From NCBI GenBank assembly GCA_030681835.1, contig JAUXRN010000032.1:2487-66486 (forward strand): a DNA stretch of 64,000 bases, written 5' to 3'. Below are positions 28,539-38,234 of the stretch, one piece after another. A model generated the notes under the pieces. The model had not been told where the DNA came from. It saw nothing but the letters and a program-made list of their open reading frames with translations, and made no database searches. The stretch is from Actinomycetota bacterium (lineage in GTDB: Bacteria > Actinomycetota > Actinomycetes > S36-B12). The translations under genes and the position numbers were made by a program. Each line of letters opens with the position of its first letter. The stretch's first letter is position 1.

Positions 28539-28551
28539 TGAAAGGGTCACC

Positions 28552-29037
28552 ATGGCTCGCCTGGCTACTGCTGCTCTTAGGCTCGTGATTGCCATCGCCC
28601 TTCTTGGGTCTCTCGGCGTGCAAACGGTCATGATGCCCGTCGTCTGGCACGACCTTGAAGGCACCGACAACTGGGTGAGAACGGCTTTCGTCGTCAGCGT
28701 GACTTTGGGGATCGTCACTTTGCAGGTGATCGCCCTCTGCATCTGGCGCCTGCTGACGCTTGTCCGCCGGGGCGAGGCCTTGTCGCGGTCGGCATTCCCC
28801 TACGTGGATACCGTGATTGGCTCATTGTTCGCGGGCGCGGTCCTGATGGGATCAATCGCGTTCGTACTTGCACCGGGAGCGACGCCGCCGGGGATCGTCG
28901 GACTGGTGTGCGGAGCCGCGTTGGTCATCGGAGGAGTCGCTCTCGTGGTCCTGGTCCAGCGCACGCTGCTGGCCCAGGCTGTGGCGCAGAACGCCGAGGT
29001 GCAGGAACTGCGCACAGAGCTCAACGAGGTGATCTGA
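28552..29037 (+). CDS. DUF2975-like 4-TM membrane protein
   Basis: It has four hydrophobic segments and forms the classical pairing with a downstream YozG-type HTH gene, with a TGATG overlap. Confidence 0.7.
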   Translation: MARLATAALRLVIAIALLGSLGVQTVMMPVVWHDLEGTDNWVRTAFVVSVTLGIVTLQVIALCIWRLLTLVRRGEALSRSAFPYVDTVIGSLFAGAVLMGSIAFVLAPGATPPGIVGLVCGAALVIGGVALVVLVQRTLLAQAVAQNAEVQELRTELNEVI

Positions 29038-29267
29038 TGCCCATCGTCGTGGACATTGACGTGATGCTCGCACGCCGGAAGATGGCCGTGGGCACCCTCG
29101 CTGGTCGCGTGGGCCTTTCCCCGGCCAACATCGCGGTGTTGAAGAACGGCCGGGCGAGGGCGATCCGGTTCTCCACCCTCGCCGCTCTCTGCGAAGTCCT
29201 CGAGTGCCAGCCCGGAGACCTGCTCCGGTGGGAGCCTGACACCCATTCAGAAGTCGCGGCGACGTAG
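29037..29267 (+). CDS. XRE/YozG-type helix-turn-helix regulator
   Basis: IVVDIDVMLARRKMAVGTLAGRVGLSPANIAVLKNGRARAIRFSTLAALCEVLECQPGDLL is the canonical pattern. Confidence 0.85.
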   Translation: MPIVVDIDVMLARRKMAVGTLAGRVGLSPANIAVLKNGRARAIRFSTLAALCEVLECQPGDLLRWEPDTHSEVAAT

Positions 29268-29316
29268 CTACCGCAGGAGCACCGCTACCCGCGACGGAGA
29301 TGAGCCTGCTCAGAAC

Positions 29317-29916
29317 CTACCTCGGGGACCTTGCGGACAGCCGCCGCACCGACAGCGCCACCGCCAGCGGCCACACGTTCAGAAGGACGGCAGCGGCGCG
29401 CTCCGACAGTCCCACAGTCGCCCCCTCGGCGACCGCGTCGTGGAAGAACCATGCGGTCACGGCCATCAGTCCGCATCCTGCGGTGAGGGCGACATCGCGG
29501 CGCAGGCCCCAGGCAACCGACTCGCCCCGGCGCCAGCTGGCCAACGGCCAGGTGGCGAGTGCCGCGAAGGATCCCGCAGCTGCGACGGCGTGCACGGTCG
29601 CCGACTGCCCCGCTGTGGGTAGCGGGTTCAGTCCGACGAGGATCGTGCACACGCCTCCCGTGGCGTAGACGAGCCGACCGGGCAGAGCCGCCGGTCGAAG
29701 GGCGACAGCGGTCGCGACCTGGCAGGCACCTGTGCCCAGGATGGCGGTGGTCATCACCCACCGCTGCGACGCATCGGCCCCGGCCAGATCGCTGATCGTC
29801 TCGGTGACCGCGTCGAAGCTGCCCGGCTGGAGGCGAGCGGCGATCGTCCAGCCGGCGACGAGCAGGATCGGGGCGGCCGCGGCCGTAACCACCCCCCACA
29901 CCGGCAATCGCCCCAT
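29317..29916 (-). CDS. DUF998-like integral membrane protein
   Basis: 199 aa with ~6 TM segments and an ETISDLA motif. Confidence 0.65.
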   Translation of the reverse strand: MGRLPVWGVVTAAAAPILLVAGWTIAARLQPGSFDAVTETISDLAGADASQRWVMTTAILGTGACQVATAVALRPAALPGRLVYATGGVCTILVGLNPLPTAGQSATVHAVAAAGSFAALATWPLASWRRGESVAWGLRRDVALTAGCGLMAVTAWFFHDAVAEGATVGLSERAAAVLLNVWPLAVALSVRRLSARSPR

Positions 29917-30043
29917 CGCGTCAGACTAGGCCCGGTTGCTCGAGCGCATGTGGCGCGGCCCTTGTGGCGCCGACGCACCGCCCGGCGTGACGTCATGCTC
30001 TCGCACGCTCACCGGAGGGCTGCCGAGCGCGCTCCCCCCGGTC

Positions 30044-30823
30044 TCAGCGGCAGGCGAGCTCGACGGTGCCGAGTCGATCGAACCGGGCGACGACGGTGTC
30101 CCCGGGTGCCACGGCGACCGCCTCGGTCAGCGCGCCCGCCATGACGACCTGGCCGGCCCGCAGGCCCTGGCCGCGAGCGGCCATCCGACGGATCATCCAC
30201 GCGACGCTGGCCGCCGGGTGTCCGAGCACCGCCGCACCAGCCGCCGTGGCGAGCAGGACGCCGTTCTTCTCGAAGGCGCAGCCGACGAGGCGCAGGTCGA
30301 TCCCGCGCGGATCCACCCCCTGCCCGCCGAACACGAAGCCCGCGCAGGAGGAGTTGTCGGCGATGACGTCGCTGCCCGTGAACTTGTAGCCAGCGAAGCG
30401 GGAATCGAGCACGTCGATGGCCGGGAACACCAGGGTGGTGGCGGCCAGCACGTGAGCGGCCAGGACATGCGGCCCGGCGAGGTCATGGCCGAGGAGAAAG
30501 GCGACCTCGGGCTCGCACCGGGGCTGGATGTAGTCGCTGCACGTGAGTTGCCCGCCTGTGTCGAGCTGCATGTCGTCGGTGAGCCAGCCGTACAGCGGCT
30601 CGGAGACGGCCATCTGCCGCTGCTTGGCCACGCTGGTCAGGCCGAGTTTCGCGCCCACGATGATTGCTCCGGCCTCCAGCCGAGCGTGGACCACGGCGTC
30701 CTGGACCTCGTAGGCAGTCTCGGGGTCGAGGTCGGGGTAGTCGTCGGTCAGGGGATGCACGGCCGTGCGCGTGCGCGCCGCCTCGATGAGCGTCTGGGCG
30801 ATCTGCTCCTTGGGGAGGTTCAT
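30044..30823 (-). CDS. 2-oxopent-4-enoate hydratase / 4-oxalocrotonate decarboxylase family (dmpH position)
   Basis: FAH-like fold with GAKLGLTS...EPEVAF...GALT. ATGA overlap with the aldolase gene. Decarboxylase versus hydratase cannot be decided from sequence reading. Confidence 0.8.
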   Translation of the reverse strand: MNLPKEQIAQTLIEAARTRTAVHPLTDDYPDLDPETAYEVQDAVVHARLEAGAIIVGAKLGLTSVAKQRQMAVSEPLYGWLTDDMQLDTGGQLTCSDYIQPRCEPEVAFLLGHDLAGPHVLAAHVLAATTLVFPAIDVLDSRFAGYKFTGSDVIADNSSCAGFVFGGQGVDPRGIDLRLVGCAFEKNGVLLATAAGAAVLGHPAASVAWMIRRMAARGQGLRAGQVVMAGALTEAVAVAPGDTVVARFDRLGTVELACR

Positions 30824-31860
30824 GACTGGGGCTCCTGTGCGGCGTGCTGGGCGGCCAGCTCGAGGGCGACGTCGATGATCATGTCCTCCTGGCCGCCGAC
30901 GACCTGGCGCCTGCCGAGTTCGAGGAGGATCTCGGCCTGGCTGACGTTGTACCGCTTGGCGGCGCGCTCGGCGTGCAGGAGGAACGAACCGTAGACGCCG
31001 GCGTAGCCCAGGATGAGGCCTGCGCGATCGATGACCTGCTGGCGGGGCATGAGGGGCCGGACGACCTCCTCGGCGAGGTCCATGAGCTTGAGGGCATCGA
31101 CGCCGGTGGTGATGCCGTACTTGTCGCTGACGGCGGCGAGGATCTCGGTGGGGCAGTTGCCCGCCCCGGCCCCCAGTCCGGCGCTGGTGCCGTCGAGGTT
31201 GCGGGCGCCTTCCTCGTAGGCGGCGATGGAGTTGGCGACGGCCATCGAGAGGTTGTTGTGGGCGTGGACGCCGACCGGGACATCGAGGGCCCCGACGAGG
31301 GCGTTGACCCGGGTGCGGACGTCGTGCGTGGTCATGGCACCGGCGGAGTCGGCGATGTAGATGGTGTCGGCCCCGTAGGACTGCATGAGCAGGGCCTGCT
31401 CGACCAGCCCTTCCGGGGAGTTCATGTGGGCCATCATCAGGAAGCCGATCGCCTCCATGCCCAGGCCCTTGGCCACCTTGATGTGCTGCTCGGTGATGTC
31501 GGCCTCGGTGCAATGCACCGCGATGCGTGCCACCTGCACGCCCATCTCGGCGACCTCGCGCAGGTCGTCGGCCAGGCCGATGCCCGGGAGCAGCAGGCAG
31601 GCGATCTGCGCGTTCGTGGTCGACTCGCATGCCTTCGCGATGAGCTCCTTCTCGGGCACCGCGGAGAAGCCGTAGTTGAAGCTCGAGCCACCGAGGCCGT
31701 CGCCGTGGGCGATCTCGATGACCTGCACGCCGGCGGCGTCGAGGCCCTTGACGATCGCGATGACATCCTCGTCGTGGTACTGGTGGCTGATCGCGTGCGA
31801 CCCGTCCCGCAGGGTGGAGTCGATCAGCCGGAAGTCGGCCTGCGCGGTCGCGGCGGTCAT
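30820..31860 (-). CDS. mhpE: 4-hydroxy-2-oxovalerate aldolase
   Basis: [17 protein letters not shown]...[13 protein letters not shown] is the canonical DmpG/MhpE pattern. Confidence 0.9.
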   Translation of the reverse strand: MTAATAQADFRLIDSTLRDGSHAISHQYHDEDVIAIVKGLDAAGVQVIEIAHGDGLGGSSFNYGFSAVPEKELIAKACESTTNAQIACLLLPGIGLADDLREVAEMGVQVARIAVHCTEADITEQHIKVAKGLGMEAIGFLMMAHMNSPEGLVEQALLMQSYGADTIYIADSAGAMTTHDVRTRVNALVGALDVPVGVHAHNNLSMAVANSIAAYEEGARNLDGTSAGLGAGAGNCPTEILAAVSDKYGITTGVDALKLMDLAEEVVRPLMPRQQVIDRAGLILGYAGVYGSFLLHAERAAKRYNVSQAEILLELGRRQVVGGQEDMIIDVALELAAQHAAQEPQS

Positions 31861-32786
31861 GCCGGCACTCCTGCCTTGTGGTGGGCGATGGCCTCGCCCA
31901 CTCGCTGGGCGGCGGCGGTCATGATGTCCAGGTTCCCTGCGTATGGCGGCAGGTAGTCCCCTGCCCCTTCGACCTCGAGCAGCACTACTGCGCGGTGCGG
32001 CACGACACCGCCCGGCGTGTTGAACGGGCCCTCCTCGATCACCGGCGGGTTCTTCAGCCGGTAGCCCGGCACGTACGCCTGGACCGCCCGCTCCATCTCA
32101 TGGACCGAGGCGAGGACGGCGTCATGGTCGGTGCCCTCGGGCAGGGCCGCGAAGACGGTGTTGCGCATCATGATGGGCGGCTCGGCCGGGTTCAGGATGA
32201 TGATCGCCTTGCTCAGCTCCGCGCCGCCGATCTCCCGCAGCGCCGTCGATGTCGTCTTGGTGAACTCGTCGATGTTCTGCCGCGTCCCCGGTCCCGCTGA
32301 CTTGCTTGCCACGGTCGACACCATCTCCGCGTACGGCAGCGACTCCACGGCCCGGCGCACCGCGTAGACCATCGGGGTGGTCGCCTGGCCGCCGCACGTG
32401 ACCATGTTGATGTTCGGCGAGGAAAGGTGCTGCGTCAGGTTCACTGCCGCGATCACCTTCGGCCCCCGCGCCGCCGGCGTGAGGTCGACCGCCACGATGC
32501 CCGCCTCCGCGTACTGCTTGCAGTGGCGCACGTGCACGTAGGCGCTCGTCGCGTCGAACAACATGTCGATGTCGTCAGCGTGGTCCAGGATCCACTGAGG
32601 GCCTTCATGCGGGCCCTCGATCCCCAGCGCCTTCGCCCGGGCCAGGCCGTCCGAGGCAGGGTCGATGCCCACCAAGGCCACCAGTTCCAGTGGTGTCCGG
32701 CCGCTGCCGGACGCCTCCGTGCCCTTGAGCAGCTTCATCATCAGGTCCGTACCGATGTTCCCGGACCCCAGAATCACGCACCGCAT
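31857..32786 (-). CDS. mhpF: acetaldehyde dehydrogenase (acetylating)
   Basis: [16 protein letters not shown]...[14 protein letters not shown]...NLDIMT is the canonical DmpF/MhpF pattern. Start at 32786; the upstream part of the raw ORF is rejected. Confidence 0.9.
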   Translation of the reverse strand: MRCVILGSGNIGTDLMMKLLKGTEASGSGRTPLELVALVGIDPASDGLARAKALGIEGPHEGPQWILDHADDIDMLFDATSAYVHVRHCKQYAEAGIVAVDLTPAARGPKVIAAVNLTQHLSSPNINMVTCGGQATTPMVYAVRRAVESLPYAEMVSTVASKSAGPGTRQNIDEFTKTTSTALREIGGAELSKAIIILNPAEPPIMMRNTVFAALPEGTDHDAVLASVHEMERAVQAYVPGYRLKNPPVIEEGPFNTPGGVVPHRAVVLLEVEGAGDYLPPYAGNLDIMTAAAQRVGEAIAHHKAGVPA

Positions 32787-32788
32787 TG

Positions 32789-33589
32789 TCAGTCCCTCGC
32801 CATCGTGATCGTGATCGGGCCGAGCCGGTCGAAATCGGCGCGGAAGACGTCCCCGGGAGCCACCGGCACCATCGCGTGCAGCGCGCCGGTCATGATGACG
32901 CTCCCGGCCGGGAGCGTGACGCCCATCGGGGCGAGCGTGTTCGCCAGCCACGCCACCGCGGCCAGCGGATCCCCCAGGGCGGCCGCGCCTGCACCAGTCG
33001 CCACGACCTCGCCGTTCCTGGTGAACACCATCCCGACCAGGCGCGGGTCGAAAGCGTCGATCGGGACGACCAGGCTGCTCAGCGCGATGGCCCCGCTGCT
33101 GGCCAGGTCTGCGACGGTGTCGGCGAGCTTGATCTTCCAGTCCCGGATCCGGGAGTCCACGATCTCCAGCGCCGCGACCAGGCCGCGTGTCGCCAGCCGT
33201 GCGGTCGCGGGCGTGCAATGCGGTCCCGACAGGTCCGAACCCAGGATCACCGCGATCTCGGCCTCCATGCGCGGCGCGATGAACCGGTCGACCGGCAGCA
33301 CCTCACCATCGCGATACACCGTCGAGGCGAACACCGGGCCGAAGTCCGGCTGATCCACGCCCAGCAGTTGCTGCATCGGCGCAGACGTCAGGCCCAGCTT
33401 GTAGCCGACGATCGCCTCCCCGTCATCGAGCAGTCGGCGGACCAGGTGCTGCTGGATGGCGTACCCGTCCTCCATCCCCAGCGCGGGGAGGCCGTCAGTG
33501 AAGGCCGCGATCGGCATCATCGTGCGACGAGCCTCGTACAGCGCATCGCCGAATGCCTGCACCTGCACCGGGGACAGGATCACGGTCAT
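32789..33589 (-). CDS. 2-keto-4-pentenoate hydratase (dmpE position)
   Basis: GYKLGLTS...EAEIAV...TGAL. Paralogue of 30044-30823. Confidence 0.85.
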   Translation of the reverse strand: MTVILSPVQVQAFGDALYEARRTMMPIAAFTDGLPALGMEDGYAIQQHLVRRLLDDGEAIVGYKLGLTSAPMQQLLGVDQPDFGPVFASTVYRDGEVLPVDRFIAPRMEAEIAVILGSDLSGPHCTPATARLATRGLVAALEIVDSRIRDWKIKLADTVADLASSGAIALSSLVVPIDAFDPRLVGMVFTRNGEVVATGAGAAALGDPLAAVAWLANTLAPMGVTLPAGSVIMTGALHAMVPVAPGDVFRADFDRLGPITITMARD

Positions 33590-33721
33590 CGGTTCTCCTC
33601 AGCTTGGATCCGGAGGGTGCATTTGTCTATGCAGGGTACGGCTGCCGCGGTCCGTGCGTTCATGGGCGCACTCCTGGGCGGACGCCCGGCGAGCGGGAGT
33701 GCGGTTGCGCCACCTCCGCCG

Positions 33722-34630
33722 TCAGCGCCAGTACCTGGTCAGTGGCTCGCCGCTGAAGAACTCCGAGAGGGTTGCGATCATCTCGGCTGCGGCGTCGGTG
33801 CTGGTGGCCCATGGGGGATCAACGATGACGTGAATGAAGCCCATCCTCTCGATGGCATCGCGGACGACGTCCACGACGCGATGCTGTGAGTTCACATCGG
33901 AGTGGAGCTTCAGCACCGGACGCGCCGTGGTGCCCAACTCCGTGCACCAGTGCGAATAGGCCTGCAGGGATGCGGACATAGCGCCCGAATCCCATGCGTG
34001 CGCGGCAGAGATCGCCATCCAGCCGCCGGCGCGAGCGGCGCGCCTGAGCGCGGGCGCGGCCATCCCGCCGACCAGCAGTGGGACTTCCCTGCCGTTCGCC
34101 GGCGTCGGGTGCAGGACGATGTCCGACGGGATCCGGACCTGCTCCCCATCGAAGGCCCCCGGCCTGCCCGACCACGCATCGGCCAGGACTTCGAGTTGCT
34201 CCTCGAACCTCCGGGTACGGCCCTTGAACGGGTAGCCCAGGGCCTCCATCTCCGGGATGTTCCAGCCGGAGCCGACACCCAGAATGAAGCGGCCGTTGCT
34301 GAGCCGGTCGATCGTTGTTGCCTCCTTGGCGACCTGAAGCACATTGCGCTGAGGAAGAATCAGGACGGCAGGCCCGACGACCGCAGTCCGCGTTGCTGCG
34401 GCTAGCGCGGCGCAGCACACGAGTGTCTCGAGGTAGTCGTCAGCGACGTCCCACGTGAGCCGTCCGTCGTCGCTGTAGGGGTAGTAGTCGACGGGTGTGT
34501 CGACCATGAGCAGGTGGTCGCTGAGCCACAGGCCCTCCGCTCCGGCCGACTCGGCGACGCGGGCCATGTCGACAGGATGGAGCCGGGAGGCGACGGCTCC
34601 GCTGTTGGGGATGATCACACCGATGCTCAT
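33722..34630 (-). CDS. LLM-class (luciferase-like) flavin/F420-dependent oxidoreductase
   Basis: Start at MSIGVIIPNSG after GGAGG. It has GLWLSDHL...LSNGRFILGVGSGW motifs. Confidence 0.8.
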   Translation of the reverse strand: MSIGVIIPNSGAVASRLHPVDMARVAESAGAEGLWLSDHLLMVDTPVDYYPYSDDGRLTWDVADDYLETLVCCAALAAATRTAVVGPAVLILPQRNVLQVAKEATTIDRLSNGRFILGVGSGWNIPEMEALGYPFKGRTRRFEEQLEVLADAWSGRPGAFDGEQVRIPSDIVLHPTPANGREVPLLVGGMAAPALRRAARAGGWMAISAAHAWDSGAMSASLQAYSHWCTELGTTARPVLKLHSDVNSQHRVVDVVRDAIERMGFIHVIVDPPWATSTDAAAEMIATLSEFFSGEPLTRYWR

Positions 34631-34725
34631 GCTGCCTCCGTTGAGCGTGCTCCCGAAAAGGGTGAGCGCCTGCTGCGGCGAGAATACGGTGCAGTCACGC
34701 CTACCGAGCGGATCTCCCGCAGCGC

Positions 34726-35250
34726 TTAGCCCCCGAGCTCCAAGACGTGCGCACGGCTCCACAGTCCGGTGTCGTCGCTGGTGAACACCGTCAGCGATGA
34801 CATCGTGCAGTGCACCGGTAGCCCTCCGGTGAAGGCGTCGGATAGCTCCCGGTGCAGGGCGGCCTGCGCTGGGGGTGAATTCGCGAGGCCCACCGTGAGG
34901 TGAGGTTGCGGGTCCGGAAAGGCCCCGCCATAGGGAGGGAATTCCGGGAACGCTGTCCACAAGGCGCGGGTCAGCGCCCTGAACGGGTTGTCGGGTTCGG
35001 GGCGAAGCCACAGGACCCCGGGGAACTCGTCTACGCCGGCGAGGAGGCACGCGAACGGCTTCACATCGGCGAGCACCATGCGCAGCCGCTCGATCACGGC
35101 CGCGTCGAGGTCCGGGGGTGGGACGAACGGCCACAGCGCGGTGATGTGGGCCGGGATACCGCGGGCGGTGACCGGGTCATAGCGCTCGCGCCAAGGGCCG
35201 ACAAGGGGCTCGGCCTCGGGCACCTCGATGAGGAGCGCTGTCTCGCGCAC
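34726..35250 (-). CDS. 2H phosphoesterase / 2'-5' RNA ligase superfamily protein
   Basis: Two HxT motifs (HITALWPF and HLTVG) at the expected spacing. Confidence 0.75.
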   Translation of the reverse strand: MRETALLIEVPEAEPLVGPWRERYDPVTARGIPAHITALWPFVPPPDLDAAVIERLRMVLADVKPFACLLAGVDEFPGVLWLRPEPDNPFRALTRALWTAFPEFPPYGGAFPDPQPHLTVGLANSPPAQAALHRELSDAFTGGLPVHCTMSSLTVFTSDDTGLWSRAHVLELGG

Positions 35251-35371
35251 GGACCGAGTCTGCCAGCCCTCCGCTCGCAGCGGCTACAGCGGACAGGCGT
35301 GAACGAGCGGCAACGCATCGACGTAGTGGGACTGGTTGAGCACTCGGGGCCCGGTGCGTACTGTCGGCTGG

Positions 35372-35740
35372 ATGGATGTCGCCGAGTACCTCACCGGGCT
35401 TCAGCATTCACGTAAGTCCGACGTTGAGCGGATCAGGGCGGCCATTCTGGGCGCGGAACCTGCAATGTCCGAGACGATCAAGTGGAACGCGCCCAGCTAC
35501 GTCTTCGCGGGGGAGGATCGTGTGACATTCCGGCTGCAGCCGGGAGACCGCGTCGACCTGGTGCTTCATCGGGGAGCGCGCACCCGCGCCGACGCCGACG
35601 ACTTCGTGTTCGATGATCCTTCGGGCTTGATCCAGTGGGCGACTCCGGACCGCGGGGTCATCTCGATCCCGGAGGGTGCCGACCTTGACGAGCTCCTGGA
35701 CCAGATCCTCCCGGTCATCTGGGCGTGGGTCCGGTCGTAG
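35372..35740 (+). CDS. DUF1801 (YdhG-like) domain protein
   Basis: IKWNAPSY...F motif. ~122 aa. Confidence 0.65.
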   Translation: MDVAEYLTGLQHSRKSDVERIRAAILGAEPAMSETIKWNAPSYVFAGEDRVTFRLQPGDRVDLVLHRGARTRADADDFVFDDPSGLIQWATPDRGVISIPEGADLDELLDQILPVIWAWVRS

Positions 35741-35789
35741 TGCGTGGCAGTGACGCGCCCCGTCCCGCTGCAGGGGACGGGGATTTGTC

Positions 35790-36788
35790 ATGAGCGACTT
35801 CGATGGCGAGCTTGACGCAGCCGCTCGCGAGTCAGGCTTCTCCGGTGCCGTCCTGGTCGATCGGGCCGGTTCCGTGATCACCGCGGCGGCGTATGGCCTC
35901 GCCGATCGTCGATCGGCCATTGCTGTCGAGTTGTCCACCCAATTCGGCCTGGCGAGCGGTACGAAGCTGTTCACGGCACTGACCGTGACGAGCCTGATCG
36001 AGTCCGGGCAGCTTCAGCTCGACCTACCCGTTCGCGGTCCGCTCGGGACGGACCTGCCCCTCATCGGTGACGACGTCACGATCGAGCAGCTCCTGTCGCA
36101 CCGCTCGGGCATCGGGGACTATCTCGACGAGTCGCTCTTCGACGACATCACGGACTTCGAGCTGCCGGTGCCGGCTCAACGGCTGTGGTCGACCGAGCAG
36201 TACGTCCCGATCCTCGACGGCCATCCACGGGTGTCGGCGCCAGGAGCGGAGTTCGAGTACAACAACGGCGGCTACGTCGTCCTTGCGCTGATCGCGGAGC
36301 GGGCAGCAGGCCGACCCTTCGACGTGCTCGTCCGCGAGCGCGTCTGCGACCGCGTTGGGGTCAAGGCAACCCGCTTCCTGCGCTCCGACGAGCTCCCAAG
36401 GTCCGCAGCGCTGGGCTACCTCGACGGGGAGGGCCTGCGCACCAATGTGTTCCACCTTCCCGTTCTCGGCAGCGGTGACGGTGGCATCTACTCGACCGTT
36501 GCGGATGTCGGCGCTGTCTGGCGTGCCTTCGTAGGTGGCCGGATCGTGTCGCCCGAACTGGTCCGTCAGATGCTCGTCCCGCGTAGGGGCTCGGGGGACG
36601 CTCTTGATTACGGACTCGGTGTGTGGATCCATCGCGACGGAGTGCTCGAGGTTCACGGCTACGACGCCGGTGTTTCGTTCTACAGCCTGCACGACCCCGC
36701 GTCGTCCACGACGTGCACAGCCATCTCCAACACCGGGAAAGGGACCTGGGCGCTCGAAGAGTTGCTGGCGCATCGCGTCAGGCAGTGA
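35790..36788 (+). CDS. serine hydrolase, beta-lactamase/PBP4-like (class C fold)
   Basis: SxxK motif (ASGTK) near the N-terminus and a YNNGGY (Y-x-N-like) region. Confidence 0.85.
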   Translation: MSDFDGELDAAARESGFSGAVLVDRAGSVITAAAYGLADRRSAIAVELSTQFGLASGTKLFTALTVTSLIESGQLQLDLPVRGPLGTDLPLIGDDVTIEQLLSHRSGIGDYLDESLFDDITDFELPVPAQRLWSTEQYVPILDGHPRVSAPGAEFEYNNGGYVVLALIAERAAGRPFDVLVRERVCDRVGVKATRFLRSDELPRSAALGYLDGEGLRTNVFHLPVLGSGDGGIYSTVADVGAVWRAFVGGRIVSPELVRQMLVPRRGSGDALDYGLGVWIHRDGVLEVHGYDAGVSFYSLHDPASSTTCTAISNTGKGTWALEELLAHRVRQ

Positions 36789-36796
36789 CGGGGACT

Positions 36797-36830
36797 GTGT
36801 GGTCCTTGAGGTGAACCTCAAGGACCACAC
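36797..36830. terminator. perfect 15-bp stem hairpin between convergent genes
   Basis: GTGTGGTCCTTGAGG-TGAA-CCTCAAGGACCACAC, read directly. It lies 9 nt after the hydrolase stop and 10 nt from the stop of the minus-strand small ORF. There is no U-tract. Confidence 0.6.
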
Positions 36831-36839
36831 ACGAGCCCT

Positions 36840-36995
36840 TCACTCGTCCTGAGTTGAGGCTTCCTTCAGTTCATCGGTGACGACGCCGGTGGGCGGGCCT
36901 GCATCCTCGTAGCCGTCCTGGACCTGGCGCACCTCTTCACGCGCGTCGGCATCCTCCGGGAGCTGGGGCGCATTGACAGTCGGGCCCTCAGACAT
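36840..36995 (-). CDS. small acidic protein (51 aa), hypothetical
   Basis: It is not in the ORF track (<60 aa). The sequence is MSEGPTVNAPQLPEDADAREEVRQVQDGYEDAGPPTGVVTDELKEASTQDE, with high GC3. Its ATG overlaps the upstream stop (ATGTCTGA). Confidence 0.35.
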   Translation of the reverse strand: MSEGPTVNAPQLPEDADAREEVRQVQDGYEDAGPPTGVVTDELKEASTQDE

Positions 36996-37305
36996 GGGAG
37001 TTCCCGGCCGGACTGGGCGCCCTCTGAATGCGGGTCTGGGCGTCCAAGAGTTGCTGTTCCACCTTGTCGGCCGCCGTGTCTACGACGTCGCGTGTTGCCG
37101 AAGTCGCGAGATCGGCTGAAGCCTTGGCGACGCCCTCACCGCTCTCCTGAATTCGATCCGCAGCGTCCTTGAGCCCCAGATCGGATGCCAGCGAACTGGT
37201 CCTGGCCCGGATCCGTTCGTAGGCTGGCCGCCCGGCCGCCGCCCCAGTGACGTATCCGGCTGCAAAGCCGGCCCCCAGAGCAATCAGGGTGCGCAAACGC
37301 ATCAT
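36988..37305 (-). CDS. membrane-anchored helical protein, YtxH-like (hypothetical)
   Basis: It has an N-terminal TM (LIALGAGFAAGYVTGAAAG) followed by an Ala/Asp-rich helical region. An RBS (GAGGAG) is present. Confidence 0.5.
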   Translation of the reverse strand: MMRLRTLIALGAGFAAGYVTGAAAGRPAYERIRARTSSLASDLGLKDAADRIQESGEGVAKASADLATSATRDVVDTAADKVEQQLLDAQTRIQRAPSPAGNSHV

Positions 37306-37455
37306 CGCAGCTCATCTCCTCGTCGCCGTGCTCCTTCTGGAGCCCAGGCGTTGGTGTGTGTTCGACCAGTCGGCATACGTGTGTCTCGTCCGTCACCGAC
37401 ATGTCGACTGCCTTTCGCAGAACATGTACCCCCGCCACAGGACGCGAAACTGCTG

Positions 37456-37683
37456 TCAACGGAAGCGCTGGGCGACATTTCGGACAGAATCCAGGACGAG
37501 GTGCCACTCGCGGCTGATCGGCCGCTCGGTGCAACCGCACCAGCCGCAGACAGATGTGGGTGCGGCCTGGTTGACCCAGTTCATCCGCCATTCATGGGCA
37601 CCGAGGAGGCAGCCGGTGGGAATGTCGATGACGCGCGAGGTCATCGACCCCGTCTGTCGGTTCGTGAGGTGGTTCTGGCGCAT
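37456..37683 (-). CDS. small Cys-containing hypothetical protein (75 aa)
   Basis: Start at MRQNHL directly after GGAGGAGAACC. It contains C...CGWCGC. Family not recognised. Confidence 0.45.
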   Translation of the reverse strand: MRQNHLTNRQTGSMTSRVIDIPTGCLLGAHEWRMNWVNQAAPTSVCGWCGCTERPISREWHLVLDSVRNVAQRFR

Positions 37684-37881
37684 GGTTCTCCTCCATGGTT
37701 GCCGGGGGATGGAGAAGTACCCCGCTACAGCTCCGTGACACATCAGCCAGTGCCGGCCTTGGACCGACGGTCCGCGGCGGCCACCCAGGCCGGGGATCAG
37801 CATGCCCGGCACGGTCGTTTGGATCAGGACGAGAGCGGGTAAGTGGACCGCGACACTGGATTCACGAGCAAAGGAAGATCA

Positions 37882-38157
37882 ATGGACTTTGTGTGGGCGA
37901 TTCTCTCGGCCATTGTTACCGGGCTCATCATCGGTGCCCTAGCGCGCCTGGTCGTCCCCGGCACAAGGGGGATCAGCATCATCGTCACGATCCTGCTGGG
38001 AATTGCTGGCGCAATCGTCGGCAGCCTCGTTTACGGACTTCTCGGTGGCGGGGACACATCCGGCATCGACTGGATCCGACTCGTCGTCGAGGTCATCGTC
38101 GCGGCGGTCTTCGTGTGGATCTACGTTGCCGTGTCGGGGCGAAGGTCCAACGTCTGA
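37882..38157 (+). CDS. GlsB/YeaQ/YmgE-family stress membrane protein
   Basis: WAILSAIVTGLIIGALARLVVPG...ILLGIAGAIVGS is the canonical pattern. Confidence 0.85.
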   Translation: MDFVWAILSAIVTGLIIGALARLVVPGTRGISIIVTILLGIAGAIVGSLVYGLLGGGDTSGIDWIRLVVEVIVAAVFVWIYVAVSGRRSNV

Positions 38158-38234
38158 CGAGATGCGGTCGCTGCCAGACCGGAGCCAAGAACACGAACGC
38201 CAGCACCATATGGGTCGCGTGACGGGTAGCGAGT

